In this document: piece by piece, positions 30,052 through 38,668 of the stretch
Position numbering within the stretch: the first letter of the stretch is position 1
Layout of the letters: every line of letters starts with the position of its first letter
Program-made: the position numbers and the translations under genes
The notes under the pieces: generated by a model
What the model was told of the DNA's origin: nothing
Database searches by the model: none
The model's input: the letters and a program-made list of their open reading frames with translations, nothing else
Origin: a virus
DNA: 64,000 nucleotides
Direction: 5' to 3' (one strand)
IMG/VR virus record: IMGVR_UViG_3300025096_000004
Location: 127,496 to 191,495 of that record

Positions 30052-31344
30052 ATGGCAAAATATAACGCCAATAACGATATGGATTCACTATCTGAATTGA
30101 CCATTGAACGCGCTCGATATCAACTTGAGGCGTGGGGACCAACAGTGCCCGAGCAAATCGTTGATTTTAATTTTGCAGAGCGCAATCGCTATGGAAGAAT
30201 AAATCAAGACAGAAACGCCATTATTCCTAGGCCAGAGTTCTTGCAAACAATTAGCTTTTCAGTCCCAGATCAGACAACATCAGTAATGATGAATTTTGTT
30301 GCCACTGCCTTTAATGAGATGAGAGACAGAATGACAAAGGCCTGTCGCCTCGGAATCATTACAGGTGATCATCCATTTCTTCATTCGCTTGAAATTTCCC
30401 GTGCATATATTTCACCCATCAAGCTTTATCGAGGCTATATGAACTATATTCTTTCTCGATATAACAATGAGTATCTTCCTAGTATTGAATCTCATACCCC
30501 GGTTATAAATTTTGATGATTATTGGAAAAATATAATTAACTTTTGTAAGATGATTGGGTCTCAAAATCCAATTACATTTACCGGTTGGCACCGAAGCAAA
30601 CATTCTTCTATATTTACAAGTGGGTTGGCAATAGATATAGCCGGATTGCCCATTGATGATGATAAGCCAAAATTTGACATGTTTATAAGCGCCGCCGAGT
30701 GGGGATATTATTCCAACGTGGCAAAATATCATGGTTTTTCGATATCACACAATGCTCCGTGGCTGTTGGTTGCTGATTTACAATCTCCTGCAATGCTACA
30801 ATATATGCATGCCGAAGGTCTTTCCAATGAGAATCATTTGTTTGCCGCCCAATACCAACTTGCTATCGATTTTGAACTAGAGTTGTTGAAAAACGTTCTT
30901 ATAGACGGGTACAACACTTATGTTGCCGCCCGGCCATATTATAAAAAGCCTTTTATATGCCCAGAGTATAATTTGGTAAATAAAATAAAGTTTAGAGAAT
31001 CTACTAGTGCCCAAGCAGTTGCGGCGAGAATCCCCAATTTAATTTTTTATGTGTTTTATACACAAATAAGAAATATTGAGGAAGACCTGCCACTAGCGCC
31101 GGCCGATCTAGCTAGAGTGATTTCAAAACTTAAATATTTTTATAATTCCCTTGGCCCAGAGGAAGCAATGAGGTATCTCAATGAACAGTATCGCTCTTTA
31201 TATAAGTTCAAGCCCGGAACTACATATCAACACGCTAAGAGAACGAAATTAAGAAAGGAAATCATAGAAGCTGAAAATGCAGCAGAAGAAAGAGCCTCCC
31301 CGCTTTCAGTTTTGCTTCCTGATCCAACTAAAGGAAGTTATTAA
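30052..31344 (+). CDS. hypothetical protein (last gene of the structural block)
   Basis: Long ORF with GGAG RBS; no family recognised. Confidence 0.6.
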   Translation: MAKYNANNDMDSLSELTIERARYQLEAWGPTVPEQIVDFNFAERNRYGRINQDRNAIIPRPEFLQTISFSVPDQTTSVMMNFVATAFNEMRDRMTKACRLGIITGDHPFLHSLEISRAYISPIKLYRGYMNYILSRYNNEYLPSIESHTPVINFDDYWKNIINFCKMIGSQNPITFTGWHRSKHSSIFTSGLAIDIAGLPIDDDKPKFDMFISAAEWGYYSNVAKYHGFSISHNAPWLLVADLQSPAMLQYMHAEGLSNENHLFAAQYQLAIDFELELLKNVLIDGYNTYVAARPYYKKPFICPEYNLVNKIKFRESTSAQAVAARIPNLIFYVFYTQIRNIEEDLPLAPADLARVISKLKYFYNSLGPEEAMRYLNEQYRSLYKFKPGTTYQHAKRTKLRKEIIEAENAAEERASPLSVLLPDPTKGSY

Positions 31345-31350
31345 AAAAAC

Positions 31351-31379
31351 TTGACAAGTTCTCCAAGATATGTTATATT
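31351..31379 (+). promoter_or_regulatory. sigma70-type promoter
   Basis: TTGACA-17-TATATT with TG extension. Confidence 0.85.
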
Positions 31380-31397
31380 ATATAAAACGGAGAAACA

Positions 31398-32588
31398 ATG
31401 GCATTTCAAGTTATTGATGAAAAGGATGGATGTTATGGAATTTACACAAACGGAACCTTCGTATATGATCGGGTTCCTAATGCTTTGCGCGGGACTTGGG
31501 ATTGGTCTCATCATCTCGTTGGTCACGATATTGACTATGCACATATCTGGAGCGGCGGTAAAGCGCTTGCTAAGGCTTGCCCCGAACACTTACAAAACCG
31601 ACTCGAGTCACACGAAAAAAAAATCAAAGCCCAAATCAAATCACATTTGAATGCGAAGATAGATATATCGGAGATATGTTTGTTTGACATGGTGCCGGAA
31701 CAACAATTGAAGGCATATCTTGAAACTAAGAGCTTGATATGTCAATATATTTTTGAAGAGATCGAAAAACCAAAGAATTATTCTTTTCTGTCTCAGACGC
31801 ATGAGACATGCAGAGAAATAGCAAAACAGAATCTTAAAATAGATTGGGAATTGGCCAGACATCTCGCCGTCAAAGACCCCAAAGCTCGTTCTATAGTGGA
31901 ACGCTTTGATCCTGCGAGAACATTCATTAATTACAATGTGTTTGGGTCAATAACGGGTCGTTTGGCAACTCATCCTGATTCGTTTCCCATCATGAACCTT
32001 AAGGCAGAACACAAGGGGATTCTGCTTCCGAAGAACAATTGGTTCGTTGAGTTTGATTATAATGGTGCAGAGATACGAACATTGCTGTCATTGACCAAAA
32101 AGGAGCAACCTCATGAGGATATTCACGAGTTTCACATGAAGAACATATATCGCGATCTTACAACGAGAACTAAAGCTAAAGAGCGTTTCTTTGCTTGGCT
32201 CTACAATTCCAATTCGGAGGACTATTTGACTGAACGTTACTATGACCGCCAGTCTATCCTAACCTCCTACTACCGGGGTGGGTGCGTGTATACACCCTTC
32301 GGGCGTGAGATCGAGACAGATGACTTTCATGCTCTCAATTATCTGCTTCAAAGTTCATCATCCGACAACTGCATGACTCAGGTTAACAAGATCCATCGAT
32401 TTTTGAGAGACAAGCGATCAAATGTTGCTTTCGCGATTCACGACTCGGTTGTAATTGACCTTGCTCATGGCGATCGTAACCTTTTGCCTCAAATTAGAGA
32501 GATTTTTGAAGACACAACGCTTGGAAAGTTCAAAGTTGGGGTTAAAATAGGCCAAAACATGGGCGAATTAAAGGAGTTCTCATGGTAG
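31398..32588 (+). CDS. polA: short family A DNA polymerase (polymerase domain only)
   Basis: Motif A FDYNGAEIR, motif B RTKAKERFFAWLY, NYLLQS and motif C IHDS; only 396 aa. Confidence 0.85.
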   Translation: MAFQVIDEKDGCYGIYTNGTFVYDRVPNALRGTWDWSHHLVGHDIDYAHIWSGGKALAKACPEHLQNRLESHEKKIKAQIKSHLNAKIDISEICLFDMVPEQQLKAYLETKSLICQYIFEEIEKPKNYSFLSQTHETCREIAKQNLKIDWELARHLAVKDPKARSIVERFDPARTFINYNVFGSITGRLATHPDSFPIMNLKAEHKGILLPKNNWFVEFDYNGAEIRTLLSLTKKEQPHEDIHEFHMKNIYRDLTTRTKAKERFFAWLYNSNSEDYLTERYYDRQSILTSYYRGGCVYTPFGREIETDDFHALNYLLQSSSSDNCMTQVNKIHRFLRDKRSNVAFAIHDSVVIDLAHGDRNLLPQIREIFEDTTLGKFKVGVKIGQNMGELKEFSW

Positions 32589-33391
32589 TGATAGGATTGG
32601 GCTCCGCTGGTGCCAACATAGCAAGAGAGTTCGAGAAGTACTCTCAATATAGGGTTGTTACGCTAGAAGTGGACAAGGAAATCCCTCGACAGTCAACCGT
32701 TGAAGAGTACGAGGCGAACACTCCGAGGCTTAAAAGAAAAATTAAGAAAATCGAAGGTGAAGTTTGGTTTGTTGTAGCCGGAGCCGCAAAAGTTGCAGCC
32801 TCAACATTGGCCGTTCTTGAACAGATTAAAGACCACAAGATAAACGTTGTTCATATATCTTCAGATCCAATGTTTATGTCGGCTCAAGCTAGATTAAGAG
32901 AAAAAGTCATAATTGGTGTGTTGCAGCAATATGCCCGCTGCGGCCTACTTAATGCAATTTACTTGGTTTCCAATAAGCATGTTCTTGATCTCCTCGATGG
33001 CATCCCATTTCATGAGGCGAACGCAAAGATCAACGAAACAGTGGCATCTATGATTCATTATTTCAATATTTATCAAAACACTGATCCACTTATGGGCTTC
33101 AAAATGGAACCAAAAGAAATTTCTCGTATTAGAACCTTTGCAATGGTCGATGTGGAAAAAAGTGAAGAAAAGTTGTTTTTTCCCCTTGACAATATCACCG
33201 AAACATGTTATATTTATAATATCAAAAAGACGGAAAAGTCTAATGATAAAAAGATCCAAAAGATCAAAACTATGATGGAGGTAAAAGAAACATCATGCAA
33301 AACATCATTCGCAATGTATACGACAGAGTACGATCAAAGCTTCTGTCACGCGATACAAATGACTCATTACATACAACAGGAGGAACAATGA
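32582..33391 (+). CDS. divergent tubulin/FtsZ-like protein
   Basis: N-terminal VIGLGSAGANIA (T1 loop) and IYLVSN (T6 loop) with FtsZ-like spacing; the GGGTG signature is degenerate. Confidence 0.65.
   Translation: MVVIGLGSAGANIAREFEKYSQYRVVTLEVDKEIPRQSTVEEYEANTPRLKRKIKKIEGEVWFVVAGAAKVAASTLAVLEQIKDHKINVVHISSDPMFMSAQARLREKVIIGVLQQYARCGLLNAIYLVSNKHVLDLLDGIPFHEANAKINETVASMIHYFNIYQNTDPLMGFKMEPKEISRIRTFAMVDVEKSEEKLFFPLDNITETCYIYNIKKTEKSNDKKIQKIKTMMEVKETSCKTSFAMYTTEYDQSFCHAIQMTHYIQQEEQ
33186..33214 (+). promoter_or_regulatory. sigma70-type promoter inside the tubulin-like CDS
   Basis: TTGACA-17-TATATT with TG extension, matching the other early promoters. Confidence 0.6.
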
Positions 33392-33636
33392 ATCAATACA
33401 ATACATACACCGGAACCTTTACCAAGCGCGACGGCCAATCTCGAACCATGACTTTTGTCAAAGGAACTGATGTTCCACAACATATTCGTGGAACTGGTAA
33501 AACCCCCCGGCTTTCTAAAGGTGAAGAGATCGTTTATGACGTAAAAGCCAATGGATGGCGAGTATTTAACCACAACACTATCCAAGGACAAATTACTGAA
33601 AGTAATGTTAAATTTTCATTTGACAAAATCTCATAA
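33388..33636 (+). CDS. small WYL-like/Sm-like SH3 protein
   Basis: ATG 33388 with GGAGG RBS; TFTKRDGQSRTMT...VYDVKANGWRVFN pattern. Confidence 0.55.
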   Translation: MNQYNTYTGTFTKRDGQSRTMTFVKGTDVPQHIRGTGKTPRLSKGEEIVYDVKANGWRVFNHNTIQGQITESNVKFSFDKIS

Positions 33637-33647
33637 CGTGTTATATT
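33620..33647 (+). promoter_or_regulatory. sigma70-type promoter
   Basis: TTGACA-16-TATATT. Confidence 0.75.
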
Positions 33648-33661
33648 AATATATGAGCAAC

Positions 33662-33684
33662 GGGGGAGTGCTCTAAACTCCCCC
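33662..33684 (+). other. 8-bp GC-rich hairpin in the 5' leader
   Basis: GGGGGAGT-GCTCTAA-ACTCCCCC with no T-run on either strand. Confidence 0.7.
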
Positions 33685-33712
33685 ATATTAATTAAGTAGT
33701 CTTGGAGGAATA

Positions 33713-35029
33713 ATGCTTAAACACAATGGAACAATCTTTAATGCACATAGATATGCAACAACTGTAGACCGGTCCGTATCCGGGGTACATGTAATTCAAG
33801 AATATACGGACAACTCGATCCAATACGGATCTAAAGAAGTTATGGTTATTGTTGATTCACATAAGAATCAAATCATAACGATGGACATTGGAACAGGGAT
33901 TGCAAAAGATATTTTTTGCACCAATTATCATACTTTCCATAACGAACCTAAAGATACTAGTGGGATTTCAATGGCTGGTTTGGGGTCTAAGCTGTTTTAT
34001 AAGCTTTCGGACACAAGAGTAACAATAACTAGGCACAATGGAACCTACTATTACTCTACATGGGACTTCTCATCTAAAGAGAGTTTTGCAAAACCAGTTA
34101 TTGACTATTTAGACACAGACAATATACCTGAAGAACTGCGAGATCATGAGGATATAATCAAAAGGTTTGTCAGCATCGACCATGACGGCACGACTACGAT
34201 TTTGCCAAACATTAAAACTTGGGGCAAATATGGCACCTCATCATTAAGATTTTTTAACGCCTTGAGGGAGTATTATGCCAACCGATATGGCCACTTTCTT
34301 CATACAAACAAATTGACAATGGCAGTATCATATGTAGACAACAAGGATAAAAGAGAGTGGTTCAAGATATCTTCCGCAAACATATTCAATTCAACTTCGT
34401 ACAACTCGGCTTTTAACAAGGCAGGAAATATTGAGGTTAGAAGCTGGATTGTAGAGCCGAACAAAGAACAGGCGAAGCTTACCAAGTGCGGTATTAATAT
34501 TTATCGCAACGACGTTAAGGCTGTTACAAATCATTTTCTTAAGATCGGTCAACGCAAAAAGAAGGGGCAATCAATTAGTGTTGTTAAGGCGGCCCCTCAT
34601 GATCACAAAAGCATCCGCCAAATCGTATTTTTTAACTCTGAGTCTGATGACGAGTTTGTCATTAACCACATTAAAACTCAAATTGAGTTTGGAGACGAGA
34701 TTGAGCAACTTTGTGCATCTGAATTTACAAAAATCGTTGAACAATATGAAAAACAACAACAAGAGGCGCAACAGGAGAAAGTCGCTGAGGCAATCGAAGA
34801 GGATACTTCCTTAGTATTTACAATCGAAGAGCTTGCAGCCAAGACGGCATGGAAAATGGCCAATGGCCAGATATCATTTAATAAATCATCGAAGGTCTAT
34901 AGTACCATTGAATCCCTCCCTACGGATGGAATAGATTTAATCAAGAGTCTTTTGGCCTCTATCCCATCACGCCAAGTAAACCAATTGGGTAAAACATTGG
35001 AAAATAACATTGGAGGCGACAATGTATAG
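33713..35029 (+). CDS. GHKL (MORC/HATPase_c-like) ATPase-domain protein
   Basis: QEYTDNS (N box), DIGTGI (G1) and GISMAGLGSK (G2) in the N-terminal 100 aa. Confidence 0.65.
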   Translation: MLKHNGTIFNAHRYATTVDRSVSGVHVIQEYTDNSIQYGSKEVMVIVDSHKNQIITMDIGTGIAKDIFCTNYHTFHNEPKDTSGISMAGLGSKLFYKLSDTRVTITRHNGTYYYSTWDFSSKESFAKPVIDYLDTDNIPEELRDHEDIIKRFVSIDHDGTTTILPNIKTWGKYGTSSLRFFNALREYYANRYGHFLHTNKLTMAVSYVDNKDKREWFKISSANIFNSTSYNSAFNKAGNIEVRSWIVEPNKEQAKLTKCGINIYRNDVKAVTNHFLKIGQRKKKGQSISVVKAAPHDHKSIRQIVFFNSESDDEFVINHIKTQIEFGDEIEQLCASEFTKIVEQYEKQQQEAQQEKVAEAIEEDTSLVFTIEELAAKTAWKMANGQISFNKSSKVYSTIESLPTDGIDLIKSLLASIPSRQVNQLGKTLENNIGGDNV

Positions 35030-35513
35030 CAAAGAGCCAAGCACTTTTACAACAGTGTTTCCATATACTGATCGCTTTTCAGTCATGGCATCATCAGATA
35101 ATGATGTGAAGATATCACACAAGCACTCGATCATTGGCAAATCCAACAAAGCAGGTAAAGCCTATGTCGGTGATCAGGTACTTGTTGTAGGACACAAAAA
35201 AGAAGGCGTTCATGTGTTTGCAGCAGAGGTTGGCAAATGGGTGTCCGATGATCGAAAGAATGTCTGGTATAATCAAGGTGGAAATTTGTGGGATTTCAAT
35301 TATGAAATATCATCCAAGACTAATCAAGTATTCATGACTTGGGATGAAATTAAACAAATCACCGGCGCGGAAGAAGATCTTGATATAAAGCGAATTTTTC
35401 TAGATCGCTATAGGCCAAAAAATTTCGGGACGAAAATTTCCAAACTTGGAAAATATAGAGATAAACTATTTACACATTTAAGTAAAAATAACTTGACAAA
35501 TGATAACCAATAG
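35022..35513 (+). CDS. hypothetical protein, possibly EVE/PUA-like
   Basis: ATG 35022 with GGAGG RBS overlaps the GHKL stop. The fold guess comes from the beta/aromatic pattern only. Confidence 0.45.
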   Translation: MYSKEPSTFTTVFPYTDRFSVMASSDNDVKISHKHSIIGKSNKAGKAYVGDQVLVVGHKKEGVHVFAAEVGKWVSDDRKNVWYNQGGNLWDFNYEISSKTNQVFMTWDEIKQITGAEEDLDIKRIFLDRYRPKNFGTKISKLGKYRDKLFTHLSKNNLTNDNQ

Positions 35514-35521
35514 GTTATAAT
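35493..35521 (+). promoter_or_regulatory. sigma70-type promoter
   Basis: TTGACA-17-TATAAT; an ACTATTTA copy also lies at 35465. Confidence 0.85.
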
Positions 35522-35606
35522 ATATAAGACAGCAAAGAGTGAGATTATACTTTTTGACTTTAGGGTGAATCCCCAAAATGACCATAAACTATAAGGAGAT
35601 AACAAT

Positions 35607-36371
35607 ATGGCTTTAAATTTAGATGCAATGCGAGCGAAGCTCGAACTTTCCCGCAACGGCGGAAGAAAACAAGATAATACAAAATGGCGTCCGCAAGAGG
35701 GCGACCAAACCATTCGTATTTTGCCCACTTCTGATGGAGATCCTTTCAAGGAATTTCATTTTCATTATAACGTGGGACGAAACCCCGGTATTCTTTGTGA
35801 AAAGCGAACTCACGGCGGTGAATGTCCAATCTGTGATTTCGCATCACAACTGTGGCGAGATGGTGTGGATAACAATGATGACCGGGCAAAACGCGAAGCA
35901 AAAAAGCTTTTCGCTCGGAAACGTTATTTTTCGCCAATTTTGGTTCGTGGACAAGAATCACAAGGAGTAAAGGTTTGGTCTTATGGCAAGACTGCTTACG
36001 AAATGCTTCTTGGGTATGTTCTTGACCCGGATTATGGGGATATTACTGATCCCGAAACTGGAACAGATATTGTTCTGAATTATTCAGTCCCCGGCACCCC
36101 CGGATCTTTTCCAAAAACTCAATTAAAACCAAGGCGTAGACCATCGGCTCTTTGTGATGATATGGTGGCTGACTGCTCTCAATTGCTTGACAGCATTCCA
36201 GATATCGAATCTCTTTTTGAAAGAAAAGCCAAAACAGAGGTTCAAGCCATTCTGGATGAGTATCTGTCAACTGATACTTCCTCCGAATCAACCTCTACCG
36301 AGACGCAGAAATACAACACTACGTCATCGTCAAAAGTTGATAAAGCATTCCAAGAATTAATGGGCGCTTAG
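35607..36371 (+). CDS. single-stranded DNA-binding protein, T4 gp32-like
   Basis: TIRILP, FHFHY, CPICD, VKVWSYGKT and DITDPETGTD motifs. Confidence 0.85.
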   Translation: MALNLDAMRAKLELSRNGGRKQDNTKWRPQEGDQTIRILPTSDGDPFKEFHFHYNVGRNPGILCEKRTHGGECPICDFASQLWRDGVDNNDDRAKREAKKLFARKRYFSPILVRGQESQGVKVWSYGKTAYEMLLGYVLDPDYGDITDPETGTDIVLNYSVPGTPGSFPKTQLKPRRRPSALCDDMVADCSQLLDSIPDIESLFERKAKTEVQAILDEYLSTDTSSESTSTETQKYNTTSSSKVDKAFQELMGA

Positions 36372-36380
36372 TTTTAATTG

Positions 36381-36414
36381 GACCGCAGGAAGGCATGGGT
36401 TTACAGATGCCTTA
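36381..36414 (+). ncRNA. conserved intergenic RNA motif copy 1 (predicted H-type pseudoknot)
   Basis: GACCGCAGGAAGGCATGGGTTTACAGATGCCTTA; near-identical copy at 36871. Confidence 0.6.
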
Positions 36415-36435
36415 TTTAAATATTCGGAGGATAAT

Positions 36436-36864
36436 ATGAGTGTAAATAAAGGACAGAAAGTCGCTGTTCACTATGTGGGAACATTAGATGATGGCACTGA
36501 GTTCGACAATTCTAGAACAAGAGGCGAACCCTTAAAATTTGAATTTGGAGCCGCCACCATCATGCCAGCATTTCAAGATGCTATTTCAGAAATGAATATC
36601 GGCGAGATTAAAAAAATAGAAGTTGAACCAGATCAAGCTTATGGGCCAATAAATCCCGATGCCTATACGGTTGTGCCGCTTCAAAATTTTAAAACGCCTG
36701 AAGATCTGGTTGTTGGATCTATTGTCCATGGCCAAAACGCATCAGGGCAACGCTTTGCTGCTAAAATCGATGAAATAAGTCAAGACAGCGTTAAGTTGGA
36801 TTTTAATCACCCGATGGCCGGCAAGAAGTTGAGTTTTGAAATTGAACTTATAAGCGCGAGTTAG
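36436..36864 (+). CDS. FKBP-type peptidyl-prolyl isomerase (SlyD/FkpB-like)
   Basis: VAVHYVGTLDDGTEFDNS, PDQAYG and DFNHPMAGKKLSFEIEL motifs. Confidence 0.95.
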   Translation: MSVNKGQKVAVHYVGTLDDGTEFDNSRTRGEPLKFEFGAATIMPAFQDAISEMNIGEIKKIEVEPDQAYGPINPDAYTVVPLQNFKTPEDLVVGSIVHGQNASGQRFAAKIDEISQDSVKLDFNHPMAGKKLSFEIELISAS

Positions 36865-36870
36865 GTCCAA

Positions 36871-36903
36871 AACCGCAGGGAGGCATGGGTTACAGATGCC
36901 TTA
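36871..36903 (+). ncRNA. conserved intergenic RNA motif copy 2
   Basis: AACCGCAGGGAGGCATGGGTTACAGATGCCTTA. Confidence 0.6.
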
Positions 36904-36925
36904 ATTTTAAATGAATGGAGCAAAC

Positions 36926-37165
36926 ATGGCTGGTAAAAAAAAGATTCCTGCCCAAAGGGCAATTGAGTTGTCTGCTATTATGGCAGGCTGCACTTTATTG
37001 GAAGTTAACGAGATGTTAAAAACAGCAGGATTTCCAGATATGAATGAGACTTCCTATACAATGGTTAAAAAACAATATATCCCCTTTTTAAGGTCTGCGG
37101 GAGATAAATATATCAAAGAGCATTTGTATAGCCCCCGCAGACTTAATCAATTAAAAGGAGAATAA
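36926..37165 (+). CDS. hypothetical protein
   Basis: ATG 36926 preceded by GGAG. Confidence 0.6.
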   Translation: MAGKKKIPAQRAIELSAIMAGCTLLEVNEMLKTAGFPDMNETSYTMVKKQYIPFLRSAGDKYIKEHLYSPRRLNQLKGE

Positions 37166-37168
37166 AAA

Positions 37169-37489
37169 ATGATTATTAATCTAAACGATGAAACATTTGA
37201 AGAATCAACTTCATCGGGCATCACTTTAGTTGACTTTTATGCAGATTGGTGTCAACCGTGCATAAGAATGATGCCAAAAGTCGAATCAGTAGCCTCTAAG
37301 CTTGGCGAAGATATAACCGTTGCAAAAGTTAATGTTGATGAAGCTCGAAATACTGCTGCCAAATTTGGTGTGCGAAGTATTCCAACTTTTGCTCTAATTA
37401 AAGATGGAAAGGTTCTTCGTATCTCTGCTGGTTCCAAGAGCGAACAAGATTTACTTTTGTTTGCTGAATCTTACAACAGAGGTGTATAA
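37169..37489 (+). CDS. trxA: thioredoxin
   Basis: VDFYADWCQPC and FGVRSIPT motifs. Confidence 0.95.
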   Translation: MIINLNDETFEESTSSGITLVDFYADWCQPCIRMMPKVESVASKLGEDITVAKVNVDEARNTAAKFGVRSIPTFALIKDGKVLRISAGSKSEQDLLLFAESYNRGV

Positions 37490-38608
37490 TTGGGAAAGGT
37501 AGTACAAATGAAGAAAAAACCGGGAAAAATGGATCTTGAAGCAATCAAAAAGCGAATCAATAAAACGACTGGCATGAATGTTGCTCACGATCTAACGAAA
37601 GATAATCCCACTGAAGTTAAACAGTGGATTCCGACTGGCTCCCGTTGGTTGGATTCGATTATCTGTAGGGGCAAGATGGCTGGCATCCCCGTTGGTAAAA
37701 TAACAGAAATAGCTGGTCTGCCAGCTACAGGCAAGTCTTTTATGGCTGCGCAGGTAGCAGGTAATGCACAAAAAATGGATATGCAAGTAGTCTATTTTGA
37801 TTCTGAATCTTCACTCGATCCAGCTTTTTTGAGAAGAGCCGGCTGTGAATTGAGCACACTAATGTATGTTCAGGCCGTTTCGGTTGAGAAAGTTTTGGAA
37901 ACAATTGAGGATTTGATGTCAGCAAGCTCAGAAACACAATGGTTGTTTATCTGGGATTCCATTGCAAATACAGCATGCGAAACAGATATTGAAGGCGACT
38001 TCAATCCCCTGTCAAGTATGGCAGTCAAGGCACGGACCATGGGTAAAGCTTTTCGAAAGTTAACTATTCCTTTGGCCAATCAACAATCAACGCTAATTTT
38101 AATTAATCAGTTGAAAACCAATATTACGAGAAGTATCGCAGAGGCTATGACCACCCCCTTTGTAGCCCCCGGCGGCAAAGCAATTGAATATAATTGCTCT
38201 CTCAGGGTTTGGCTTACTAAACGGAAAGCTAAAAATGCATTCACTACGGATAATAGTGGATTTCGAATTGGCTCTGAAGTTAAAGTTAAATTAGAGAAAT
38301 CTCGTTTTGGTACTGAAGGCCGCAGAGCAACTTTTCAAATTCTCTGGGGCTCTGACGTCGGAATTCAAGATGAAGAAAGCTGGTTTACAGCATTGAAATT
38401 GTCTGGAACCGATAAGTTAAAACAGGCCGGCGGTTGGTATACTCTGATTGACAAAAAGGGCTATGAACATAAGTTCCAAGTCTCTAAGTGGGTGGAAAAG
38501 CTAAAAGACAAGAATTTCCGCCAATTGGTATATGATTTGATGGATGAGGTTATCATTCATCGCTTTGACAAAACGGCAAATGAGATAGATTTGGGCGACG
38601 AAGAATAA
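37490..38608 (+). CDS. recA: RecA/UvsX recombinase
   Basis: IPTGS..LD, Walker A GLPATGKS, FDSE, IWDS, LINQL and PGGKA motifs. Confidence 0.9.
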   Translation: MGKVVQMKKKPGKMDLEAIKKRINKTTGMNVAHDLTKDNPTEVKQWIPTGSRWLDSIICRGKMAGIPVGKITEIAGLPATGKSFMAAQVAGNAQKMDMQVVYFDSESSLDPAFLRRAGCELSTLMYVQAVSVEKVLETIEDLMSASSETQWLFIWDSIANTACETDIEGDFNPLSSMAVKARTMGKAFRKLTIPLANQQSTLILINQLKTNITRSIAEAMTTPFVAPGGKAIEYNCSLRVWLTKRKAKNAFTTDNSGFRIGSEVKVKLEKSRFGTEGRRATFQILWGSDVGIQDEESWFTALKLSGTDKLKQAGGWYTLIDKKGYEHKFQVSKWVEKLKDKNFRQLVYDLMDEVIIHRFDKTANEIDLGDEE

Positions 38609-38620
38609 AAATAAAATTAC

Positions 38621-38649
38621 TTGACAAACCACTTCCTCCGTGTTATATT
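38621..38649 (+). promoter_or_regulatory. sigma70-type promoter
   Basis: TTGACA-17-TATATT. Confidence 0.85.
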
Positions 38650-38668
38650 ATAGCATGGAGGTTTTTTT

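Noticed and set aside
32582-33391. Calling this a nucleus-forming (chimallin/PhuZ) phage
   Set aside because: No chimallin or multisubunit RNAP genes are recognisable here, the virion genes are T4-like, and the tubulin motifs are degenerate.
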